64,000 nucleotides of DNA from Curvularia clavata (lineage: Eukaryota). Location of the stretch: the NCBI GenBank assembly GCA_023920165.1, contig CP089275.1:5394001-5458000 (forward strand), in the 5' to 3' direction. The position numbers and the translations under genes are program-made. Below the pieces are notes generated by a model, which saw nothing but the letters and a program-made list of their open reading frames with translations, did not search any database and was not told the origin of the DNA. How positions within the stretch are numbered: position 1 is the stretch's first letter; every line of letters begins with the position of its first letter. Positions 11,059-21,224 of this stretch are shown in pieces.

Positions 11059-13386
11059 TCATAGTGTCGGGGCTCTCTTGAGACCTTGACAGTAGCGAAC
11101 GTACAAGGCGTCTATGAAGTGCGAGTGTCGGATTCCCGGTGGACGCGCTTGTTGGAAAGCATCCAGTGCGGCTTCGACTTTGTATCCCAGACGCTCAATG
11201 AGGTAGGATACGAGGAAGAAGCCCGTGCGGTTGAAGCCATAGTGGCAATGGACGCCGATGAGACCGGGTCTATGCTCAGCTCGGATTCTATCCACGAGGT
11301 CGAAGAATTCTTTGACTTCGGCGGCTTGTGGGGGCTGCTTTGATACCGTTGGGAATTTGTAGTATGGGATGCCGCCCTCTTCTAGGCCTTTGGGGTCGTA
11401 GACGGGGTTGTCGTGCGAGATGTCAATGACGGCGCATAATTTCCCCGCCCATTTCTTGGTTAGAACCTTGGGCGTGTGCTCCTCATCGACTTCACGGAGT
11501 GTCTTCATGGCACGGAAGACGCCGGCAATGGGCGCAGAGACGGGTTGCACCGCTTTCCACTTCTCGAGATTCTTGACGTCCCATTTACCCTCGGTTGACA
11601 GGTAACTGAGTTGCCAGGCTAGGGATAGACGAGGATCGATGTAGTCGGAAAAGAAGGTGCCTATCAACCCAGCGATGATACGCGAGGTAGATGGAGCAAA
11701 GACCAGAGAGTGAGCTGCTGGTTTGGGCATGATCGCTGTCTTGACGACAAGCTTGCGTGGATGAGGCGAGGGCGTGCTCGATGACGATGTCGAAGTACCA
11801 GTGAGAAGCGGGCCGTCTGCAGTTGCTATGCTTCCATTCCTGGTCCCATAGTCTGTGGGTACAAGGCTTCCGTCGCTGGTGGATACAGAGGTTGATTCAA
11901 TCGTTTTGGTGTCGTCTTCGCATTGTGGCAAGTCCGCCGCATCGATACCAGAGTCTTTGTGCTGCTTTGTGGGCCCATCGGATAGGACAGCAGTAGGAAC
12001 GAATGGTGCAGCTGCGATAGGCAGACTCGCCTTCTCGCTTGGCGGCTGAATGGCACTAACATCTCTTCCCAGGAATTCCACAATGCGCTTGATATTCGAG
12101 GCTGGTGTCACCTCGTCTGTCTCGCCAGCAGCAAGGAACAGTGGGATGTTAAGACCACTCCAGACCTCTCTTCCCGGAAGACCGCCTTTTGGCGAGCCAT
12201 CTGAGTAATCAGGGCACATGCCTAGTGCCATTCTCTGCCAAACAGCACTTTGGCTTTGCTCATTGAAGCGGAGCTGCATTCTTCTTGTCTCGATATCGGC
12301 ATCTGCGCCAGTCATGCGTAAAACACTCTTGCTGTTGACACCCCCTCTCCGATCCCAGCGTCTCATCAGGTCGAAAAAAGCTGGTGGCGCAAATGAAATG
12401 GATCGCAATTGCTTGACTTGCTTTTCAGTGGGAGGGTCGGCTTTTGGACATATGGCGATCAGGCCACTGACGTATTGCGATAAGAGATGGGCATGAGGTG
12501 AGGTCGGGGAGGCCAGCAGCGCGGCTAAGGAACATCCCATGCTATGACCCACCAAGACAACAGGCTGTCCTTCATCGGCCGCCCGATGAGCTTCGATGAC
12601 AACTGCAAGCAGTTGTACTAGGGCGTCAGTGGTGTAGGCTTCCCATGCCTTTGGCGCGAAACTCGATGCGCCGCATCCGGGCAAGTCGAGAGCCAGACAT
12701 GGCGCTAAATTAGAAAGACTAATAAGAATGGGGCTGAATTGAGCAATGGATCCGCCGAGTCCATGGATGAAGACCAGAAGCGGAATTGGGCAAGGGTCCT
12801 TTGGCAATCGACTTTCTTGATGATGTGGACGATAAAAGGTGCGAAGTTGAGGATATGTAAAGCCAGTGGAAGGCACGGTATAAGACTTGAGTGTGGAATA
12901 CTTCTTTATCAGAGCTGGGTTGGTAATGGCAGCTTCATCTATGGAACGTTAGCAGGTGAAGGCTAATGGATATGTGCATGATCAAGACCACGTGATTGGA
13001 TGATGGACGGATTGATAATCTCAGGGAGCCAACTCACCGTTCGCAGCATCAGAAGGCTGATGTCTCTCGCCAAACCTGGGGTTTCCCGACCTTTTTCTCC
13101 GTATCCATAAGGCCGATGCAATCCCACACAGAGCTGTCAACTCAACCATACCCGCGGACGTCAGAAACCAGTTACCTTGGTTGACTGCGAAGGGACTGAA
13201 CAGCTGGAGGGCACGGTAAGCAGAGTTCTTTATATCCGCGCCGTTCCAGCGGATGAGATGCGAGTCGGTCTGTGTCACTAGATGGCTGGGCGGGCCAGTG
13301 AGGGTGGTCCTCAGCAATGACAGCAGAGCCTGTGGCAGACGCAACGTGCCATTCTGGGCCGGGCAAGGACGCGAATGAGGCTCCAT
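11059..13386 (-). CDS. ~742-aa fusion: N-terminal hydrophobic anchor + alpha/beta-hydrolase + cysteine phosphatase (DUSP11/RNA 5'-triphosphatase-like); intron 12939-13037
   Basis: Hydrolase motifs FIHGLGG, GHSMG, AGETDEV and AAHSL. Phosphatase P-loop GVHCHYGFNRTG plus ARPPGI. The upstream exon joins in frame through GTGAGT...CTAAC...TAG. The start codon (13386) is less certain. Confidence 0.85.
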
Positions 13387-15068
13387 AGACTTTCGCGTGG
13401 AACGACGGTGGATGTATATCCAACGGGCCGTGGAAGTGCTGGGGTGCACGAAGCTGGTGGTCGATCTGGGGGGCAGCCAATCGAATCAGATAGAAAGACT
13501 CGTGCCCGGATCGCTGGTGGGAAAGAGCCGGTGCCTGGGATGTTTGGTACGGGGAGACGCGCACGTTGAACGAACAACAAATATGTTGCTAATAAGAATG
13601 GCTCGTCATCTGCAGCCGGGCAATGTAGGCAGTGCGGGCGGGCATCGTGTCGAAAAGCAATAACGGGAGACGGCGACGCAAGCAGGCGATGACTGGGCCA
13701 GGCCGTGGCTTGGAAGATAACGCGTCTGAAGCCGGCAAGGACGGAGAGTGGGTTGGCCGAGGGCTGCAATCAGGGCGATGCTGGCGTGGGTGATGGTGTT
13801 GCGATTGTTGTTGCAGGCCAAAATTATTTGGTGACTGTGATGGGCCATGGGCAAAATGACGTTTGTGGTTGGGCGGCGCCTGCCACTCGGCCCAATGCGG
13901 GAAGCAACGCCTCTGCCATCACATCGTCGACCTTGGCAGGGCTGACTGTGCCTACCCAAGTGCATACAAGTACTTGTACATACCTGCCTACGCCGCCAGC
14001 GCCAGATCTATGCACCCCATGTCCCTCACCTCACCATCCTATGGATGCGCTACAATCTTGACGTCTTGACCCGTCGCGACCCGTCTCTTTCCTTTCCGTC
14101 CGAAGCATCCGCATTGGTACCATGGTCAGACTCGTCGTGACGCCATCCCGGTTCCTGCTCACAGGCTCCAAGGCCATGCGCCTTGTCAGGCCTCTCGCTC
14201 CAGATTAAACACCAAGCACAGTAGTTCATGCCGGCAACTGTTATATGCAGACCAGCGACATTTCTTCTGGGGAACCTGTCCCACTTTTGATCCGACGCGG
14301 ATACGAGCAATGTAGTCGGAGGCTTCCGTACGCATGCACATGCTATGTACAGATCAGCTGCAAGCGTGCCATTCCTTACTGCATGCCCGCTTGTCAATTC
14401 CCCATGCAGCCAGGATGCCCACAGCGGTGAATAGCTGCGAGCTTCCAGAAGTCTAACTGGATTTCGCCGTTGAAAGCGCCGCATCTGGGCGGTGGGCCAG
14501 CACATGTCGAGCCCAGAGCCCATGCGCCGGGTCATTCTCCTACAATGTGGCGCCCCTCGGAACTTGACCGCCGAGCAAATCTTCACACTATCACCCCCGG
14601 CGCCAGCGCCGAACATGCCCCGCTAACACGTTGGCTTGCCCAATAGCCATGGTTCGGCTTTCATCTCATTCGGTCGTATTGGTCGCTAATCAGTAGCCGG
14701 TGGACGACAAACAACGCGTAGCTTTCCGGCTCTGGCCTTGCACTTGTCATGTTCCATTGTACCCCTCCCTCCACGAGCTTTCGGGCCCCAGAAAAATAGC
14801 GATAGAGGCATGACCGTGGCCCACTCACATATCGATGTGAGCACGTTAGACGGCCCTAACAATGTTAGACTGGCTTGCCTCTGCACGTATCCCTGCTCCG
14901 GGAGTACCTGGACACGCGGTACCTATTAGCTATCGTCACTATCTCTGTCTTGTCCCCAGAATACCGCCTTGGCCTTTCCGCCAATTTTCTCTCACAGGTT
15001 GACCTCTTCTACACAATACCCATTTGAGTGCTGTATCCGCCATACAATTGATATTTCGCTGCTGGAAA

Positions 15069-17188
15069 ATGGACCCTAAAAACCTCGAGAAGCAACGGGA
15101 GCCAGAGGAGCCACGATTCCTCAGTTTTCCCCATCTCCCAGATGACGCGAAGCATGAAGATGGCAAACCGGCGCTTAACAAGTACTCGTCTACGCTGACT
15201 ACCGGTCACAACTTCCCTGGAGCTCAGGTCCGCTACTACCACCATTTGAGCATCATCAGTAGTTGACATGGAGGACAAAATAGGCCATGCTTTATGCTGC
15301 CGGTGTACCGTCCCGAGAAGCAATGAAGACGCAACCACATGTCGGAATAGCATCTGTTTGGTGGGAAGGAAATCCATGCAAGTCAGTTCGCTCCCAACGT
15401 ACATGACGGTTCGAAGAAAACTGACAATGCCACAGCATGCACTGTATGTTTCTGAATTTAATCAATTCGTAGCGAAACCACCATGGTGCAGCGCTCACTT
15501 GTGTGCGCATGGCATGCTGACAATCCACAGTGCTAGATTTGGGCAAGGAGATCAAGAAGCATGTTCAAAATGATAACATGCTGGCATGGCAGTACAACAC
15601 TGTCGGTGTCTCGGACGGCATCACAATGGGTGGTGAAGGTATACTACAACCCATCGATACCCAGCCGAGTTGGAACTGACTGAGATCAGGAATGCGTTTC
15701 TCCCTCCAGACCCGAGAGATAATAGCCGACAGCATTGAGACCGTAACATGCGCCCAGCACCACGATGCATGCATAGCTATTCCCGGTTGCGATAAGAACA
15801 TGCCTGGAGTCATCATGGCATTCGCAAGACACAACCGCCCTTCGCTCATGGTTTATGGCGGCTCCATAATGCCAGGCTACTCAGAGACGCTCAAGAAGCC
15901 CATCAATATCTCCACATGCTACGAGACCCACGGCGCATACATATACAAGAACCTGAAGAGCGCGACCGAGGGCAAGTTCTCGCCGGATGAGATTATGGAA
16001 GATATTGAGAGGAATGCATGCCCTGGTGCTGGGGCTTGCGGTGGCATGTACACGGCAAACACCATGTCCACATCAATCGAGGGTACGATAAGCTTTTTCT
16101 TGCCATATGCCATGACGGTATACTGACACATTGCAGCAATGGGTCTTACCCTACCCAACTCTTCCACCACACCCGCAACCTCGCCTGCTAAGATGCGTGA
16201 GTGCGCCAAAGCCGCAGCTGCCATCCGCGTGTGCATGGAGAAGAACATCACACCTCGGAAACTTCTCACAAAAGCTTCATTTGAAAATGCCCTTGTGATG
16301 ATGATGGTCCTCGGTGGTTCTACAAATGCTGTCCTTCATCTTCTCGCCATGGCCGGTACAGCAGGCGTCCCTCTAACTCTCGATGACTTCCAGCGTGTCT
16401 CAAACAAGATCCCTTTCCTTGCTGATCTAGCTCCAAGTGGTCGCTACATGGCAGCCGATCTCTTCGAGATTGGCGGCATGCCTTCCGTCATGAAACTGCT
16501 CGTCGCTGCTGGACTACTCGATGGCTCCATCCCTACCGTGACCGGAAAGACGCTCGCTGAAAACATCGAAGGATACCCATCGCTTCCCCAGGACCAAACT
16601 CTAATCCGCCCCCTCAACAACCCAATCAAACCCACTGGCCACATTGAGATTCTCCGTGGTAACCTCGCCCCCGCCGGTGCCGTTGCCAAGATCACTGGCA
16701 AAGAAGGCCTGAAGTTCACTGGCAAGGCCATGGTCTTCAACAAGGAGCACGAGCTCGATCACGCACTTAACCAAGGCCAGATCCCACACGGCGAGAACGT
16801 CGTCGTCGTCGTGCGCTACGAAGGACCCAAGGGCGGCCCCGGAATGCCCGAACAGCTCAAAGCTTCAGCCGCTATTATGGGCGCTAAGTTGACCAACGTC
16901 GCGTTGATTACGGATGGCCGGTACTCTGGTGCCTCTCACGGCTTCATCGTCGGCCATATCTGCCCCGAAGCAGCCGTCGGCGGTCCTATTGCCGTGGTGC
17001 AGAATGGCGATATCATCACAATTGATGCGGAGAAGAACAGGATAGACATGCATGTAAGCGACGAAGAGATTGAGAAGAGACTCAAGGAGTGGGTGGCGCC
17101 TAGTATGCCCGTTACGAGGGGTGTACTGGCAAAGTATGCTAGGCTCGTGGGCGATGCTAGCCACGGCGCCATGACAGACTTGTTTTAA
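15069..17188 (+). CDS. ILV3: Dihydroxy-acid dehydratase (IlvD/Ilv3 family); introns 15228-15283, 15382-15435, 15444-15530, 15639-15689, 16083-16136
   Basis: Spliced motifs GAQAMLYA, EGNPCNMHLLDLG, VSDGITMG, PGCDKNMPG, GACGGMYTANTM, GGSTNAVLH, GPKGGPGMPE and TDGRYSG. No obvious mitochondrial presequence, so it may be a paralogue rather than the main Ilv3. Confidence 0.95.
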
Positions 17189-17591
17189 AAAAAAAAGCCA
17201 GGTCAAAATTGGGGATAGCTTTGTATTCTTTGTCGAAGTTTTGGAAGTTTGGCAGCCCGTGGCATGTACGATTAAACCAGACAGAATATACAGTTATCGA
17301 AAGATGGTCATTAACAGTATAAATCAGCAGCTCCTTTCATCACATCGCAAATGTCAAGCGAGACACGAGTCCAAAGTGAAGGGGGTATCATGTTGCTTTT
17401 CAGGCCTAAGCCCAGTGTCATTGGTTGTCCTAGGCTAAAAAAAGCAGGCCCAGCGAAGTCATGTCTTCAACGCCATAAGCCGTAAACCGTGTGTGTGTAG
17501 ATCCCGTAACCGCCCCGCAATCAAATGCTTAGAACAGCCGTGATGATTCTTTTTTGCCCTCGCATCAAAAAAACCCTTGTGCGAAACATTT

Positions 17592-18342
17592 CTACTCCTC
17601 ATCCTCCTCGGCCTCGAGGGTGGTCTGGGCGATACGGTCCAAGTCACGCTGGCCAGACTGTGTGATGCGGCGGCCACCCTTGTCCTCGTCCTGCTCAAGG
17701 ACACCAATCTTCTCAAGAGCCTGCATGACCTTGCGGTCAACGGAGCCGGAGGCGTCGACGTGGTGGGAGGGGCGGGAGCCACGGTTCTTGGTGGATCCGT
17801 GGACCTTGCGGAGGCGGCCTACACCGACGGTCTTGCGCTGTTCTTTTGATCAGTATCCTGTTCTCTTTCATCGCGGAATTGTATGTCCATGGGGGTTTTC
17901 GCGTACCATGTAGACGTGGCGGGCGATGGCGGCGGCGCGGATGTAGAACCAGTCAATGTCCTGGGGAGGGAGCTCATTGGAGTCTGTATAATGTTAGATG
18001 ACCGTCTGCGCAAAGTTTTGTTCTTCCTTCTTCCTCGTCTTGGGAATTGGAAGGGAAAGATACGTACGGCTCGTCTTGACAGTGTCAACCCAGCCTGTAG
18101 ATAAGAGTCAGCGGACTGAGGTTATCCCCCATTTACGGGATTCAGGCTTTTTCATCCTTCATCCTCTGGATAGCGACGAACCTGGACTGTGAAAAAAATG
18201 TTAGCGCTTTGGTCCTTATCTCTACACATGTGTTGGTGGGAAAGAAAGCTTACATGGGGAGCTTTCCCTGGCGCTTCAGGAAAGCGGCGTAGGCCTTCAC
18301 GAAAGTGTGAGACTCAATGTCCTTGACGGTAACACCACCCAT
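17592..18342 (-). CDS. RPS19: 40S ribosomal protein S19 (eS19); exons 18342-18254, 18186-18182, 18094-18068, 17983-17907, 17837-17592
   Basis: Not in the ORF track. Manual splicing yields MGGVTVKDIESHTFVKAYAAFLKRQGKLPIPGWVDTVKTSHSNELPPQDIDWFYIRAAAIARHVYMRKTVGVGRLRKVHGSTKNRGSRPSHHVDASGSVDRKVMQALEKIG...GGRRITQSGQRDLDRIAQTTLEAEEDEE, with strong codon bias. Confidence 0.97.
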
Positions 18343-18939
18343 TTTGTCGGTATTGAAGAGAAATTGTCGGTTTGCGGGAAGGAGGGCGTTCGGACTGGAC
18401 GGTGGTTGCTGCAATTGTCTTTGTCGACGCTACCAATTTGCGCATACGGTGGTCTCGCTTAGGAAGAATGGTCGGGCCGGCGCTAGTGGTGGGCGCGTGG
18501 GGGCAAACTGGCTGGTCTGAACCATTGCCGAGATCCAACACCATTATTGGCTGTGCGTATCGATTGCAACGTGGGGCACCAACGTCGGATACTGTAGTTC
18601 CTGTCGCATGAATTTTGTGTAAGGTGTTTGATCAGCAGGTAGATCGTGAACCGCCCAGGTTGACCCACCACTCTGGAATTGTATCTACATACCCATAGTG
18701 GAAGCCGGATAGATGGTAATCGGCAAGGCAAAAGTGCTAATTACATTTGTGTATATGATCGAAGGTTAAGATTTAAGTAGCGCTGACATCACGCATTTGC
18801 CATAAATTCTTAGACATGTCCATTAAACTTGATCATCATGTATTCATGCAGCAATGCTTAGTGTGCATTGCATGCGCTCAGAAAATTTAAAGGATAACAG
18901 GATAGTTATATACATGACATTTTATAATTTACATTGAAA

Positions 18940-20085
18940 TCACCACTTGCTGACATCAACAACAGTAACAGTGACTGAGTTGGTGTTGCTAGGTGGCAGC
19001 TGTCCGCCACCCATGATCAGCAACTTGGTTGGGTCCTTGAGGACACGGAGGTGCCTCGTGTAAGAGCTTGCCTCAGGAGTGTCAATCTTGATCCAGTCGC
19101 CTGATCCAAGGTTCTTGTTGATGAAGACCTGGGAGCCGCTGTGTGCACTTGCGATGATCATTCCATTAGCGCCACCAGTAGGTGTCCAAACGACGTATGG
19201 CGAACCACTGGGAATGGTGCCGTCGGTGGCCTTGAGGCTGATGCCCTGGGCTTCACCAAACTTCTCAGGGTCGGAAACGATCTTGTAGTAGACGGGGAAC
19301 TGGTAAGAGCTGGGAATGGCAGGGCCACCGCCGTACTCATATGTCATGATGTACTTTCCGTTGGGCAGCTTTGCAACAGTGGGCATGCCGGGGCGGTCGG
19401 TGTACTTGGGGTAGGCCACGTCGTTTACAACCGGGCCCCAGGTCTTGAGGTCAGTGGTAGTCTGGTGCACCATCTTCTGGCCGTAGGTGGCATTCTCGCG
19501 CTGGTCGGAGTAGTAGCAGATGAGCTTCTTCTGGTACATCATCAGGAAGGGCTCCCAGACAGGTGTCAAGCCGTTGTTGGGACGGGCCTCGCCACCAGCT
19601 GCAATGTGGGAGACGAATTTCCAGGTCACACCAGAGTCGGTGGATGCGTAGAGTTCAATGTGAGTGCTTGAGAGGTCTGTGGGGATGGCTGAGCCGGAGA
19701 CCAGGACAGTTCCAGCCGCGAAACCGCCAATGCTTTCGGGCAAAACGTAGATGAAAGGCTGGTAGCGCAGACCATAGCCGTATTGGGTGTCTTGCACACG
19801 CGAAATTTCCTTCCAAGTCTTACCCCCATCGGAGGACTTGAAGATGGGGAAGTAGACCTTGGGTGGCTCAGGAGAGTAATTTTCCCAAGTTGCCAAAAGA
19901 GACCCGTCGGCAAGCTGTGCACTGCGGGCATACAGGACACCGGGATCAGTCCAGCCAGCGTTTCTGGGAGGCGAGAAGATGACATTGCGAGAGAAGGTGG
20001 GCTGTGTCGTCTGGCGTTTGGGGAGGGCAGAGGCGGCGGTAGAGACCACGCCTATAAGCGACAGAACAAGAGTTGAGAGACGCAT
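18940..20085 (-). CDS. Secreted GH93 exo-alpha-1,5-L-arabinanase (BNR/Asp-box beta-propeller)
   Basis: Signal peptide and KR site; LYAR, LLATWENY, YFPIFKSSDGGKTW, LRYQPF, ASTDSGVTW, PVWEPF, YYSDQR and RPGMPTV motifs typical of GH93. Confidence 0.88.
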   Translation of the reverse strand: MRLSTLVLSLIGVVSTAASALPKRQTTQPTFSRNVIFSPPRNAGWTDPGVLYARSAQLADGSLLATWENYSPEPPKVYFPIFKSSDGGKTWKEISRVQDTQYGYGLRYQPFIYVLPESIGGFAAGTVLVSGSAIPTDLSSTHIELYASTDSGVTWKFVSHIAAGGEARPNNGLTPVWEPFLMMYQKKLICYYSDQRENATYGQKMVHQTTTDLKTWGPVVNDVAYPKYTDRPGMPTVAKLPNGKYIMTYEYGGGPAIPSSYQFPVYYKIVSDPEKFGEAQGISLKATDGTIPSGSPYVVWTPTGGANGMIIASAHSGSQVFINKNLGSGDWIKIDTPEASSYTRHLRVLKDPTKLLIMGGGQLPPSNTNSVTVTVVDVSKW

Positions 20086-20320
20086 CTTGACGGCTTGAGG
20101 ACTTGCAAGATGATGGGGAGAAAGGGGTGGGAAGAAACAATGCTATATAAAGCAATGCCAATGCTCACTTGAACTCACATAGTCGTATTCCTTGATGTTA
20201 GCAGCCGCCCTGGAGTCTGTTCCTGGCGCTCGAACAGGTCAGCACCACGGAGTCTGTCCCTTCACGTCATGATCACCCTGCCATACACGGTGCCCTCGGT
20301 GCAGCCTGCGTTTCCCAATG

Positions 20321-20388
20321 GCGGGGAAATCGAGCCCGGAATCCGGAGAAATTGTGTGTAGTAGGGATCGTCCAGTTTTGCGGGGAAA
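20321..20388. promoter_or_regulatory. Possible paired CreA/Cre1 carbon-catabolite repression sites upstream of GH93
   Basis: GCGGGGAAA occurs at 20321 and 20380 and matches SYGGRG, ~240-300 nt upstream of a CAZyme gene. The motif is short and may be chance. Confidence 0.3.
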
Positions 20389-21224
20389 CCGGTAGTTTAT
20401 GCACCGAGGCCTGCCATATTCGAAGATGGACTGAGCAAATAGCCAGGTCCGAAGCTTGCCGAGCCGCGGGACACGAGCCGTGTAGGGACTAGAGGGAAGA
20501 CGACTAGAAGCACATGATCAAGTAACCGTAGCAAGCATAATGGGCCAAGTTCTTGGTTCCTGGCAATTAGCAGAGTTATTCCGAGGCGGTAGAGAAAAGC
20601 TTTGGATCAAGGTTTGGACCGTGATATATGGCGCTGGCTGGTGATGTTGATGGTGGCGGGCGGGAAGGAGCGAACCTAAGTACCTACCAGTATGCGACAC
20701 GGCCGCCCACTCCTCACCCTCGCAGCCACGTATACGCATTAGCCACATCTTGTTCTTTGACTGCGCCATCCTTTCTGTGCTCGACCCATTCTTTTTCGCA
20801 TCCTACACACCTGTCGTGATGGGGGCCTCATTTTCCCCTGCTGCTCACAATTTAGCCGGATGACGATGCAACGGGTCGCACGCCCAGGAAGACTCCCTCC
20901 TATATGCCGAATTCAAACAATCCGTACGGCTGCGAATGCAAAAAGGTCAATAGATGGAAGAGCACAGCAGAACATGTCGCAACCCGTGCCTTGTGATATG
21001 GGGGCTGACTGTTTGTACCAACTCCCAATCAATCTTGCAGCTGACAGCCTTATCCGTCACTTTGCATGAGGTGGTGGCAGTGCATCAACGGCCGCAGCAG
21101 CTGCCTGCAGCCTTCTCAGGCTCCACCTGATTGCAGCCCTCACCGGTCAAAACTCCAACAATGTCGCCCTCCTCTGCACCCTTAGGCTCCTGTCCCTGCA
21201 TTTTGCAGTCAAGACTATGCCAAC

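Noticed and set aside
15069..17188. DHAD as an AstD-like self-resistance gene of an aspterric-acid cluster
   Set aside because: No terpene cyclase or P450 genes nearby; the neighbours are RPS19 and the phosphatase fusion.
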